The notes under the pieces were generated by a model that did not search any database, was not told the origin of the DNA, and saw nothing but the letters and a program-made list of their open reading frames with translations. Position numbers and translations under genes: made by a program. DNA of 64,000 nt from contig CAYFMT010000007.1 of assembly GCA_964344305.1 (NCBI GenBank), positions 26,886-90,885 of the forward strand, read 5' to 3'. The stretch's first letter is position 1, and every line of letters begins with the position of its first letter. Origin of the DNA: an uncultured bacterium. GTDB lineage: Bacteria > Fidelibacterota > Marinisomatia > Marinisomatales > JABMOV01. Below are positions 47,404-57,635 of the stretch, one piece after another.

Positions 47404-49506
47404 TTATCCGTCCTCAATCAATAAAAAATTGGCTCGTTGGTGCTCCATAATAACCTCCTGGACTTGAACTGTCACTCTGTCTCCTAGCTGGAATGACACT
47501 TTCTCCCTCCGGCTTTGAAGCATGTACTCATCCTCTGTAAAGAGCAGATCCTCGTATGGCAATGTCGTGATATGGACCAGTCCCTCTGCCAGAGATTTCT
47601 CCAATTCTACAAAGAATCCAAAATTCATTACACCTGAGATGATTCCCGGTAATTTTTCGCCAATCTGTGTTTCCAGCCAGCGAAGTTGTTTTAAGCGGAT
47701 ATATTCCCTTTCAGCAGATTGGGATTTCAGTTCCATTTCATTGGCATGATGACATATTGTCTGAAGCTGGTTTGAGTTATCAGGATCAACCTTTAATGTT
47801 GATTGTATTTGTTTTATTCGACGATGAACCAGTAAATCCGGATACCGCCGTATTGGCGATGTAAAATGTGTGTATGAACCAAATGCCAGCCCAAAATGCC
47901 CGCGATTACCGGTGGAATACTGTGCTTTTGTCATGGTACGCAATGCTACGGATTCGATCAAACCTTTGAAGGGTGAATCCTGTATATCCAGGAGCAATTT
48001 CCGTATATCCCTTGAATGTATCTGACTGCCCATCTGGTATGTTGGGATTCGAAGTTTTTTCATAAGATGGAGAAATTTCTGAATATCATCTTCAGGTGGT
48101 TTTTCATGCACTCGAAAAACAAATGGATGTACTTTCCCAAATTGTTCTGCTATTGTTTTATTTGCCACGAGCATACACTCTTCTACCATCTTATGGCTCC
48201 TGAGCCTCTCCTTGGGTGTGATCCGATGTGGAATTCCACTGGCTTCTAGAAAGAATTCAGGCTCTGGAATATCAAAATCTATGCTGCCCAGTTTCGATCT
48301 TTGCTTTTCCAGTACGTCACAGAATCGTTTTAATAGTGACAACTGTTTCTGTAAAGGATGTTTTCTAGTGCGATGAAGGATACCTTCAACTTCTTCATAG
48401 GTAAGTCTTGATTGACTGTGGATCACAGATTCCGTGACATCTGATTTTAATAGATTACCATGATGGTCAAATTCCATCAATATTGAAAAGGTTAATCGAT
48501 CTTTTCCCGGAACAAGTGAACACAGGTTGGAAGATAGAGATTCAGGTAGCATATGTATCACACCTTCCGTGAAATACACGGATGTACTGCGTTCATAGGC
48601 TTCACGATCCAGAGTCGTTCCCGAGCGGACATAATGGGACACATCCGCTATATGCACACCCAGGTGCCAACCGCTCCTGGTTTGCTCAATGGAAATTGCA
48701 TCATCGAAATCCCTGGCTTCTTCTGGGTCTATGGTGAAGGTGACAATATCCCGTAAATCCCTCCGGTTTTCAATTTCGCTCTTGATAGACTCTTCATTGA
48801 AATTGACTGAAATTCGAAGTGCGTCCTCGGGGTATTCTCTGCTATACTCATACTTACGTGTAACAAAATCAAAATCATTTTCAGGATTCGATGCATCACC
48901 TAATTTGGTTAAAACCTTCACAAGAATTGGGGTTAATGGTGATCCCCAGTCTGTCACCCTGGCTTCGATCATTTGGCCAGGTGTGACTCCATGTTTCTTC
49001 CTGTTGATAATCTTAATACCACGTTCAGGAGTTACAGGAGAGACATTCATGTATAGTTTTCGATCTCTCTCATATGTTGTGCCAACGAACCGATTGGTTT
49101 TTCGCTCCAGAATTTCAATGATCTTACCACGACGCCTGTCATCAGTTGATCGACCATGTGGCTTCACTTTTACCCTGTCTCCATTGACAGCATTCATGAG
49201 TTGACGTCTGCCAATAAAAACATCAGCGAGGCCGTCGTCAGAGATGACAAAACCAAACCCCTTTTGTGTAAGTGATAGAGTCCCGGTTATGTATCTGGTG
49301 TTCCGGGATAGAGTATACCTGTTTCCTTTTTGAAGCTTAATGGATCCATCCTTTACCAAATCTTTTAATGCTGCCTTGAAGGCGATCTGCTCATAGGGTT
49401 GTATATTGATCCGTTTTGACAATTCCCGGTATCGGTATGTAGAGGATGAGTGTTTTTGCAGGAACACCAGTATTCGGGTTTTGATTGATTTGTCTACTCT
49501 GCTCAT
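47404..49506 (-). CDS. rnr: ribonuclease R
   Basis: 700 aa with an N-terminal HTH/cold-shock region, an RNB catalytic domain (DFDDA, HIADVS, RSTSVY, YSTG..GHFGLA...YTHFTSPIRRYPDL), and a C-terminal S1 domain. Confidence 0.95.
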   Translation of the reverse strand: MSRVDKSIKTRILVFLQKHSSSTYRYRELSKRINIQPYEQIAFKAALKDLVKDGSIKLQKGNRYTLSRNTRYITGTLSLTQKGFGFVISDDGLADVFIGRRQLMNAVNGDRVKVKPHGRSTDDRRRGKIIEILERKTNRFVGTTYERDRKLYMNVSPVTPERGIKIINRKKHGVTPGQMIEARVTDWGSPLTPILVKVLTKLGDASNPENDFDFVTRKYEYSREYPEDALRISVNFNEESIKSEIENRRDLRDIVTFTIDPEEARDFDDAISIEQTRSGWHLGVHIADVSHYVRSGTTLDREAYERSTSVYFTEGVIHMLPESLSSNLCSLVPGKDRLTFSILMEFDHHGNLLKSDVTESVIHSQSRLTYEEVEGILHRTRKHPLQKQLSLLKRFCDVLEKQRSKLGSIDFDIPEPEFFLEASGIPHRITPKERLRSHKMVEECMLVANKTIAEQFGKVHPFVFRVHEKPPEDDIQKFLHLMKKLRIPTYQMGSQIHSRDIRKLLLDIQDSPFKGLIESVALRTMTKAQYSTGNRGHFGLAFGSYTHFTSPIRRYPDLLVHRRIKQIQSTLKVDPDNSNQLQTICHHANEMELKSQSAEREYIRLKQLRWLETQIGEKLPGIISGVMNFGFFVELEKSLAEGLVHITTLPYEDLLFTEDEYMLQSRREKVSFQLGDRVTVQVQEVIMEHQRANFLLIEDG

Positions 49507-50804
49507 AATCGATTCACGATTGAAAAATGTAATTTTCCACTAGTAATGGAATGATCTAAACCCATGCCATATTCGATGGATATAATAGATGATTTTAATA
49601 CCTGGCTATACCCAAACCCAGCACCGACTTTTATGGTTTCAAATTGTGGAGCCACTGCACCATCGAAAAAAAGATACATTCGTGAATCCGGCATGTAAAA
49701 ACTGAATTCCAACGATTCGATCCCAACCCATTCATCCTTGAAGAATTCATCACTGTATCCACGCAGACTGTTTGCTCCACCAAAGTAGGTTAAATATCCC
49801 TGATGCAGGTTGTTATTCTGGATAAATACGCCAGCAAACCGTGATATTGACGACAAACCCAGTGATGAAATAACAGGGATATACCATGATACATTGCTGG
49901 TAATACCCAGTACAATATTCTCATTCTCACCAGATGAGGATCCTGCAGAAATAGAATGATCCATAAACAGTCCCTTTCGGGGTATCCAACGGTTGTCCAA
50001 CCGCTGGTAAGTCTGAGATATAAGCACTGATGATTCTTTAAAACTATTTATCCCCGCCGAATCACCTTGTGGAGAAGCAAAGAGACGGGTTCTGGCTGAA
50101 CCTATCTTCCATTTTCCCAGTTTTTCGGTATGAAAAATGGCCTGCAAACCAATTCGTGATTTCACATACAATCCATCACGCAATTCCTGATTGTAAACAG
50201 CATGACCACCAACTGGTAAATTGATCAGGTATGGTTCTTCAAGTTCAAATGTTATGAGCTGTGTTTCTTCGTTTAGCCGTTTCCAATAGACATCTACAGT
50301 CCCTGCTGATTTCCAGATATTCTCCATGTGAATACTGGCTTCACCCGTGAGAGCCCACTCATTTGCCTCATTTCTTGATGCACCTGCTAAACCCATAATA
50401 GTGTTAGAAAAACTTTCATGTGGAAAGATTTTAACTGCCATCTTCCCTGAATGGGATTTTCCCAATAAATAGGAAGAAGAGTTTGAAAAATAGTTATAAC
50501 TGTTTACTATGCTTCTAAAACGATCGTCAATATCTTTTGTATTTGATAACCTATGTAACCCCTTGAAATGTAATTGGATAGTGGATGGCTTCACATTACT
50601 CTCGCTTGATACAAGGATAGTATCTACTCCTATAGGTAGGTATTGCTGTGTATATATACTCCCTGATTCGTTTAATTCTGTGAGATGAAAGGATAGATTC
50701 ATGTCACCAGTGGATTTTATCCGCGAAGTCAGGGTATCGTGTATAGTATCGCTTACTGGCAATTGGATCGATTCCTGTGCAAGGATAACTGTTAACCATA
50801 ACAT
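49503..50804 (-). CDS. Omp85-family (Bac_surface_Ag-like) outer-membrane beta-barrel protein
   Basis: About 433 aa from the ATG at 50804 (the track start at 50876 would overlap the upstream gene). It shows alternating beta-strand patterning and a YFGGANSLRGY motif resembling the Omp85 L6 (V/I)RG(Y/F) motif. Family assignment is by eye only. Confidence 0.55.
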   Translation of the reverse strand: MLWLTVILAQESIQLPVSDTIHDTLTSRIKSTGDMNLSFHLTELNESGSIYTQQYLPIGVDTILVSSESNVKPSTIQLHFKGLHRLSNTKDIDDRFRSIVNSYNYFSNSSSYLLGKSHSGKMAVKIFPHESFSNTIMGLAGASRNEANEWALTGEASIHMENIWKSAGTVDVYWKRLNEETQLITFELEEPYLINLPVGGHAVYNQELRDGLYVKSRIGLQAIFHTEKLGKWKIGSARTRLFASPQGDSAGINSFKESSVLISQTYQRLDNRWIPRKGLFMDHSISAGSSSGENENIVLGITSNVSWYIPVISSLGLSSISRFAGVFIQNNNLHQGYLTYFGGANSLRGYSDEFFKDEWVGIESLEFSFYMPDSRMYLFFDGAVAPQFETIKVGAGFGYSQVLKSSIISIEYGMGLDHSITSGKLHFSIVNRL

Positions 50805-50814
50805 GTGTAACAAA

Positions 50815-53800
50815 TTAAAATGTCGCACGCAGTTCTCCGTTAAATGCCACAAACTGATTGTATCTCTGATTATCAATGTAAGTAAGTGTTCCTATAAATG
50901 TTAAGTTTCTACCGAATTGAAACTCAGTCAGCCCTGTGATTTGAATGGATTCACCAATGGGAAGACCTCGATTTGCTTCTGGTGGGACAGACAGTATATC
51001 ACCATTCATTGTTGAGTTTACCCACTCAGTCATCAAGTTGATTCTATGCCTTTTATCCATAAACAATGCCACTTCAGATCCGAAACCAGAAAATGATACA
51101 AGATAGTCACCGGTAGCGATATGTCCCCTGTCTTTTCCCGTCAATCCTCTCAATTTCACTTGGAGATCAGAATGACGATTCCATTCAGGACCTGATTCAA
51201 GCCACCAGCCATTGGTTTCACGATTTCTTGATAAAAAAACCGTGGATTCAGTGGAGTTATCATGTATCTGCATTTCATGTTTCCAATACCAGCTTTTTCT
51301 GATGTTCTCTCTCCATTCGATTTTATTCTCACTGGTGATCTTTAAATCATTCCCACGGGGATCCGTCCCTGAGAGGTCACGCTTAAAATTGTGGCGGCAT
51401 CGAATTGATCGTCCAGTCCTTGGGCTTTGATACTGGATGTATTGACGATAGGACCAGAATTCCCGACTGATACCGTCTTCCAGTATTGATCTGTCGAAAA
51501 TCTTTGTGACGTCAAAATCATCAATACCATCATAGCGAAATCGCCATTCAGATATGCTCTGAAAATTTTTGAACAATGTCCCTGGAAAGTATCGACCCAA
51601 TATTCTCAATTTTGATTGAGACTCTATCCGACTGACCTGATCACGGTCCCCAGTATATATGAGATGGGCAATAAAATCTCCCTGGGCATCAGGAATATAT
51701 TCGTTATAGACATCATCATATCGATAGTGACCATACCCTACCCCAACCGAATCATATATTAATGCACGTTGTTCAGCAAAAGCTCGTTCGGTTCTGACAT
51801 GTAAATCAAGATGAATGGGATGGCGAGGTTTGGCAAATTTGGTCGTGATGGAGGACATACTAAAATCTGTGGATTCAATATCAGGTGAATAGGAATCCTT
51901 TATTCTTTTCCTGTATTGAATGGTCCCGGACCAGCCATTGCGAACATTGCGGGTAAAATCAACCTCACCAAAAAGTCCTACAGATTGTGTATCCAATTTT
52001 GCTGAATCATTATTTACATGAGCAAAGTCAACTCGCTGTCCAAGTTTTGCTGATGTGGATATGGATTGATTCTTGTATTCCACACCGGCTGTTTTCCAAT
52101 CATACCTGTAAGTATGGTTGTTTTCTTCGGATTCATACTTCAAAATGGGATGGAAATTGCCGGGGAGCAATCTCACCAAAGATTGCGTTTGTGAATACAT
52201 GGAAGTACCACTTACTACGTTATTGTAGGATACCATTGCCAGGGGAACCCATGATCGCGATACTGTCAGGGATGTCCAGGTTCGGTGCTTTTCAACTTCA
52301 TCGAGGGAATAACTTGCATTCTGGTATTTAAAATGATCGTTATGGCGTTGAAGTGATAGTCGTCCATCTATTAATCTTTCACCAAAAGAATCAGATATCA
52401 CGGATGAATTCCAATCACTGCTGAATCCGGCATCTTTTTCAATAGATGAACCGCGAAACAACTCTGATTTTTCCCAAAATGAGATAGAATAATCAAGGGT
52501 GATATTTGTATGAAGAACCTTTTCATTTTTACCAATTATTTTCCCTTCATATTGATACCCGTAATTATCATTGTCATCCATGGAAGACAGAAGGTTCTTA
52601 TCAAACGATGAAATCGTGGCATTTCCGTTGAGTCTAACCTTCTCCTTATATCCTACTTCACCCTGAACATGAAAAATATCCAGGGATGCAGGGGAAATGA
52701 TGGTTTTACCTGGTGAATAGAGATCAAGTGTTGATATGCGTTCAGATGGTTCTACAAACTCAAAATACAGGCGACCCTGATTAGAAATCCTTTTATAATA
52801 GCTTCCATGAACCGGGTCTGAATAAAAAGTGACACTATATCTTTCCTGTGATGAGTCGGGGTTTGTTTCCCAGAAGACATAGATTCCATTTTCAAGGGTG
52901 TACTTCCCTGTTGGAGATTTTACACCACTTTGAATTGTGACCAGCGTATCCCCAGCCTCAATCAGCGCATTCACGGCATCTGACGACAGGGACTGCTGTT
53001 GTTTATTGAAAATATCCTTTTCCCTTAACCAGGAAAATGACAGTTCACTTCCATCCCATTTTAAACCAGATGTTGCACCCAGCACATTTCGGGAGTACGA
53101 AAAATCAGAATATTGGTATTCCACCAAAATATCAGAGTCTGTATGTATGATATGCTTTGGGTTAAAGGTTAGCTCTGCCTTGCTGTAATCAATGATATAA
53201 TCGTTGTTTTCTCCACGTAGAAGTCTGTTTCCATCCAGATAGACCATTTCTGTCCCGGCCAATACAATAACATCCCGATTTCCTTCCCTGGAATGAAGGA
53301 AATATGGCCCCTGCCTTCCTTCATCTCCTTTCAACTCTATTGAATGATATTCTCCATTGGTACCTGCCATGATAAATTCAGAAAACCACTTTTCTGAATC
53401 ATGCTTAACCGCCAGACCAGTAAGCTTTCTTTCTGCCCTGAATAGACGTGTCTCCATTTTCATGTTTATATCACCAGCTTCAATAATATAGTCGGGATGT
53501 TTCACCTGTATGTAGACTTTATCAATTTCTTCCAGAGATTGCGTATTTCCTTCTGGTTGAATGGGAATATCCCTGTCAGTAATGACACCGGTCAGAAAAA
53601 GATCATCGCCAAGATCACCCTGAAGCTGAAACTGCAATCCACCGGAGAAATCATTACCACCTATGGGTGAAAATCCAATAGATCTGAATATGGTACCACT
53701 GGATGTTATGGTTCCAGTTTCTTCCTGTCTGGACCTTGCTTGAATGGGACTGATTTTTGTCTCTGGCTCTACAAGTGTATGTAAAAGAGGAAGCGTTGTG

Positions 53801-54093
53801 GACAATGGACCTACTTGAACCGGAATCCTCGCAAATCTATAATAGACAATAGCCTGGTTGGTCAGTGAATCAGGAAATGTGACGATCCCTTCAATGGGTT
53901 TTATTGAATACTGTGTAAATAACTTTCCATTATAGAAAACCTGAACTGATTCTTTGATAACCGGTTTGTGTGAAAGGGAATAGTCGGTTTGATTCGATAC
54001 GATGGTAAGGGTATCATACTGCGATTCTATTTGAGGATAGGTCACGCTAAGAAGTGTCAACAGGACCAAAAACAGTTTAAGATTATTTCTCAA
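50815..54093 (-). CDS. large (1092 aa) secreted beta-rich protein, probable outer-membrane protein, unclassified
   Basis: N-terminal signal peptide (MRNNLKLFLVLLTLLSVTYPQ). The composition is Y/W/S/N/G-rich with beta-strand character throughout, and the C-terminus ...FVAFNGELRATF resembles an OMP beta-signal. No family recognised. Confidence 0.6.
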   Translation of the reverse strand: MRNNLKLFLVLLTLLSVTYPQIESQYDTLTIVSNQTDYSLSHKPVIKESVQVFYNGKLFTQYSIKPIEGIVTFPDSLTNQAIVYYRFARIPVQVGPLSTTLPLLHTLVEPETKISPIQARSRQEETGTITSSGTIFRSIGFSPIGGNDFSGGLQFQLQGDLGDDLFLTGVITDRDIPIQPEGNTQSLEEIDKVYIQVKHPDYIIEAGDINMKMETRLFRAERKLTGLAVKHDSEKWFSEFIMAGTNGEYHSIELKGDEGRQGPYFLHSREGNRDVIVLAGTEMVYLDGNRLLRGENNDYIIDYSKAELTFNPKHIIHTDSDILVEYQYSDFSYSRNVLGATSGLKWDGSELSFSWLREKDIFNKQQQSLSSDAVNALIEAGDTLVTIQSGVKSPTGKYTLENGIYVFWETNPDSSQERYSVTFYSDPVHGSYYKRISNQGRLYFEFVEPSERISTLDLYSPGKTIISPASLDIFHVQGEVGYKEKVRLNGNATISSFDKNLLSSMDDNDNYGYQYEGKIIGKNEKVLHTNITLDYSISFWEKSELFRGSSIEKDAGFSSDWNSSVISDSFGERLIDGRLSLQRHNDHFKYQNASYSLDEVEKHRTWTSLTVSRSWVPLAMVSYNNVVSGTSMYSQTQSLVRLLPGNFHPILKYESEENNHTYRYDWKTAGVEYKNQSISTSAKLGQRVDFAHVNNDSAKLDTQSVGLFGEVDFTRNVRNGWSGTIQYRKRIKDSYSPDIESTDFSMSSITTKFAKPRHPIHLDLHVRTERAFAEQRALIYDSVGVGYGHYRYDDVYNEYIPDAQGDFIAHLIYTGDRDQVSRIESQSKLRILGRYFPGTLFKNFQSISEWRFRYDGIDDFDVTKIFDRSILEDGISREFWSYRQYIQYQSPRTGRSIRCRHNFKRDLSGTDPRGNDLKITSENKIEWRENIRKSWYWKHEMQIHDNSTESTVFLSRNRETNGWWLESGPEWNRHSDLQVKLRGLTGKDRGHIATGDYLVSFSGFGSEVALFMDKRHRINLMTEWVNSTMNGDILSVPPEANRGLPIGESIQITGLTEFQFGRNLTFIGTLTYIDNQRYNQFVAFNGELRATF

Positions 54094-54913
54094 TGAATAT
54101 GACTAATTCTTCGATTGTCAATAAAATAAACCTGTTGTTCTCATGGTAAACGTCCAGAATATCTTTCACCTGAATGCTCTTAATCTCTCCATGAGAAAGA
54201 CGATATCTCCCCTGATTATCCCACAGTATCCAATCATCCTTCCACGGCGTAATATATATTGCCTCCATATTGGTAATGGGAAGAGTGGCTATCATCCTGC
54301 CGATGTTGTTAAACAGTATTAATCGATGGTTTTCATTTGTTAAAAGTGCCAGTATTGCGTTATTTCCAATAGTCATTGATGTGATTTGTTCAGGGGACGA
54401 TAAATACCTGTAGAGGTCAATGAAAACAGAAGGATCCCATCCCGAAAGCAGTCGACGATTGATCTCTCCGTATTCACTGGATAATATATAACAATTGCCA
54501 TTAGGATCAGTGGCGAACAATTCGGGGTAGATCTCGGCATGCTCATCCGTGGAGATATATTGTAGTTTTCGATCAAACCAGGTTAGCCTGTTTGCCATTC
54601 TATCTAAAATGACAACATGCTGCTGAGTTTGGGAAATATCCACTGGATCACTGAAGTACCCATCGTCAAGTCCAATCCCACCTGCAGTATTCAGAATCTG
54701 ACCGATGTTGTCCAACCAGACGATGGTTCCCGATTCAATATCAAGCAGATACATGTCACCAATGGGATTGGCTACCACTTTGTCCCAGGGAGAGCCAGAT
54801 ATGTTTTCCGGGACCGGTAAGGTTAGATGAAGTTCTAGATCAGGTGTTTGTCCACAAAGGAATGATATGGACATGAAACCAATGATACTATGGAGATATG
54901 TGTTGGTTTTCAC
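54083..54913 (-). CDS. hypothetical secreted protein (beta-propeller/NHL-like repeats possible)
   Basis: 276 aa with an N-terminal hydrophobic signal and repeated ...YLLD/YILS...G.I..(F/L)(D/N)..G... segments. It overlaps both neighbouring genes. Confidence 0.45.
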   Translation of the reverse strand: MKTNTYLHSIIGFMSISFLCGQTPDLELHLTLPVPENISGSPWDKVVANPIGDMYLLDIESGTIVWLDNIGQILNTAGGIGLDDGYFSDPVDISQTQQHVVILDRMANRLTWFDRKLQYISTDEHAEIYPELFATDPNGNCYILSSEYGEINRRLLSGWDPSVFIDLYRYLSSPEQITSMTIGNNAILALLTNENHRLILFNNIGRMIATLPITNMEAIYITPWKDDWILWDNQGRYRLSHGEIKSIQVKDILDVYHENNRFILLTIEELVIFIEK

Positions 54914-55709
54914 CCTGCTTATATAGATTAAACAGAAACGTTGTTCCTATGGCGATGATAATGATGGATATAACCTGGGCACCTGAAAGACCAAGGATGT
55001 ACTTATCATTGGTACGAATGAATTCTATGGAGAATCGTTCAATCCCGGCAAAAATCAAATAGGTAAAGAACAATGAACCCGTGTGCTTGATACTCATGCG
55101 CATCTTCCATAGTAATCCGAATATGATACCGGCCAGTAGAACTTCATAGATTTGTGTCGGGTGCACCGTTAAAATCCCAGGATCAAATCCTGTCAGATCA
55201 ACCCAGGGGTAATACGCTTCGAATACAGCCGTTGTGGTAGGCGGTAACCCATTTGCAAAGGATACACCCCATGGAAGATGAGTAGGCAGCCCATAATCAT
55301 CTCCCACAAGAAAACATCCAATTCTACCGATTCCATACCCTAGGATTAGTAATGGAGCCACGATATCCCCAAATGTGAGCCAGGGCAGATTATTTTTTCT
55401 TAAAACATAGGTAACACCGAGCGTTCCACCAATGAGTCCACCATAAAAAACCAGTCCGGCACCGCTGAATATCATGCCGATAGGATCGTCAATCACACGG
55501 CCAAAATTTTCCAGAAGGTAATATAGTTTAGCTCCAAGGATGCCACCAACAGCGGCGGCAAATACAATATCCGATGCGATTTTTCGATCATAATCCAGCC
55601 GCTTCATTTCCCTGTCCAGAAAATAGTAGCAAGAATAAAACGCTACAACCATCATAAATCCAAAGGAGTGGATTTTGATGGGACCTATCTCAAGAATCGT
55701 TGGCCACAT
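54888..55709 (-). CDS. lgt: prolipoprotein diacylglyceryl transferase
   Basis: Motifs IHSFGFMMV, GARLYY-like GAKLYY, GG..G, GRIGCF..GDDYG and HPTQIYE. The ATG at 55709 overlaps the upstream TAA (TAATG). Confidence 0.92.
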   Translation of the reverse strand: MWPTILEIGPIKIHSFGFMMVVAFYSCYYFLDREMKRLDYDRKIASDIVFAAAVGGILGAKLYYLLENFGRVIDDPIGMIFSGAGLVFYGGLIGGTLGVTYVLRKNNLPWLTFGDIVAPLLILGYGIGRIGCFLVGDDYGLPTHLPWGVSFANGLPPTTTAVFEAYYPWVDLTGFDPGILTVHPTQIYEVLLAGIIFGLLWKMRMSIKHTGSLFFTYLIFAGIERFSIEFIRTNDKYILGLSGAQVISIIIIAIGTTFLFNLYKQGENQHISP

Positions 55710-56569
55710 TATATTTTTGCCCCACAACTGTGACAGAATTTGGCGTTATCCTGCAACCTTGATCCGCATTGCGAACAGAATGCTGCAATAGATGATTGTT
55801 TTGCTGGAGTGCTTTTTGGACCTTCAGATTTATCTTTTGATTTTACATAGACAACACTGACAATAATTGCCAGCGTAAATAGTACAGCCAGAGGCTCCCA
55901 CAGGGGTAATCGATGTCTCTGTGGTACCGTTTTGATATCGTGCGGCGACGCAGTGGATGGTCTTTCACCTCCTGAAGCGAGCATTTCCTGGAGGTATGCC
56001 ATGGTAGTTTTCAAGGATGGATTTTCATAAGCAATTCGAATGCTGTACATCGAGTTTGCTTCGAGTTGTGAAATATGAAACCGATTGAAGTTTAATCCAT
56101 GTTGATCTGAAAATGGTTCTGAGCCCTGTTTGTCCATTTCAAATCCATTAGATGAGGCTGGTTGATTTACCACAATATGCAGATTTTCAACCGCTTCGTC
56201 GAACTTTAGATTGAATTCAAAATCACGATGGGGATTGGATGGATCGTAAGGGGTAAAAAATGCAAATAACCTGAAATCCTTTTTAGCCATGGACACGCCT
56301 ACCCATGTCTCTTCACCGGATTTATCCGGTTCAACCATATTTAGATCGGTTCCACCGTTATCATTCTCTATGATCTGGAAGATGGAATCTGTTTCGAATG
56401 GTGTCATAAATGAGATGGATTCCGAAGGAGAAACACTGGAAAACACACCGGTGTATTCCACCATAACCCCCGGGTAATAGTATTCTGGATAAATGGTTAC
56501 ACTCATTTCCTGGATTTTGTTACCAAAAGCCAGGCTCATAGCAATAAGAGTGAAAACTAACTTCTTCAT
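55709..56569 (-). CDS. hypothetical bitopic membrane protein with C-terminal zinc-ribbon
   Basis: 286 aa with a signal peptide, a ~200-aa exported domain, a TM helix (LAVLFTLAIIVSVVYV), and a C-terminal CSQCGSRL......FCHSCGAKI zinc-ribbon. Confidence 0.55.
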   Translation of the reverse strand: MKKLVFTLIAMSLAFGNKIQEMSVTIYPEYYYPGVMVEYTGVFSSVSPSESISFMTPFETDSIFQIIENDNGGTDLNMVEPDKSGEETWVGVSMAKKDFRLFAFFTPYDPSNPHRDFEFNLKFDEAVENLHIVVNQPASSNGFEMDKQGSEPFSDQHGLNFNRFHISQLEANSMYSIRIAYENPSLKTTMAYLQEMLASGGERPSTASPHDIKTVPQRHRLPLWEPLAVLFTLAIIVSVVYVKSKDKSEGPKSTPAKQSSIAAFCSQCGSRLQDNAKFCHSCGAKI

Positions 56570-56643
56570 AGGGTGATTTCTGTATTCATTAATAAAACAA
56601 AAGTTACTGAGAAGTGTGTATGTGTTTAGGGTTTATTTTCCTC

Positions 56644-57444
56644 TTAAAAAGCGAAAAATACAAAACGCATGATGTCGTAATAATCCTGACTTGTGAAACC
56701 GACTGTATGCTCATTGATTAACGATGCACCGGGATAATGGGATGCGCTATACGCCTTCATATGTGTTTTGAATTCAATGGTGATATCCAGGTTATGAGGT
56801 ATTGAAACATGGCATTTGCTGAAGTCACTTCTTAGAGCTTCTTCTGCAGATTTCTCGATCATCTGAAGAACTTTTTTGGGGTGAATATTCACAGTTGAAT
56901 TGCCTATTCCCTCTTTGGTAACTACAGTTACTGTATTGTGATTCCATTCCCCTATTTCCTCGGATAATCCTTTGTCACCAGAAACCATAACTGTGGGTAC
57001 TCCTGCATACTCTCCCGCAAGCATATGCATAGCATATTCGGACATGGGTTTTCCATTCAGTTTTACTGTTGCAATAGATGCACTGCTCCAGGTATGCGCC
57101 ATTGGATTTCCATCTCCTCCTGCGCGAGAATGATAGCCAATCATGAACATGGCATCGAATGTGTCATCAATTTCCTGAACCATGCTCAAGGGATGACCGC
57201 TCCATCCACGTATAAGCTGCGTATTCTCTGGTAAGCAAGAATGGAGGATATTGCGTCCGGTTTCATGGGCATCTTTGATTACTATTTCTTTTGCACCAGC
57301 GTTATTGGCTCCTCTACAGGCTGCTGCGACTTCCTCTGACATCTGCTTCTGGAAATGTTCATATTCCGGGTTGTTCTTTGTGACCTCATCCCAGGTATTG
57401 ACACCTGCGATACCCTCCATATCTGCGCTGATATATATTTTCAT
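56644..57444 (-). CDS. dppA: M55-family D-aminopeptidase (DppA-like)
   Basis: 266 aa starting MKIYISADMEGIAGV..W.EV, which is characteristic of peptidase M55. Confidence 0.82.
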   Translation of the reverse strand: MKIYISADMEGIAGVNTWDEVTKNNPEYEHFQKQMSEEVAAACRGANNAGAKEIVIKDAHETGRNILHSCLPENTQLIRGWSGHPLSMVQEIDDTFDAMFMIGYHSRAGGDGNPMAHTWSSASIATVKLNGKPMSEYAMHMLAGEYAGVPTVMVSGDKGLSEEIGEWNHNTVTVVTKEGIGNSTVNIHPKKVLQMIEKSAEEALRSDFSKCHVSIPHNLDITIEFKTHMKAYSASHYPGASLINEHTVGFTSQDYYDIMRFVFFAF

Positions 57445-57635
57445 AGACGTCCTGTTTGGTTGATTTTCCTGGGTCGATATTACGGAGAATCGTGGTGGAA
57501 TTCAGGTGTCAGGTGTATGGTTTCATATGACAGGTTGCTAACAGTATTCCTTGAAAGATGCAGGACACTTTGACGAATTATGTCATGGTGAATACGAAGA
57601 ACAAGCCATCCCTGGAAATTCACCTCGCAAGTTAA

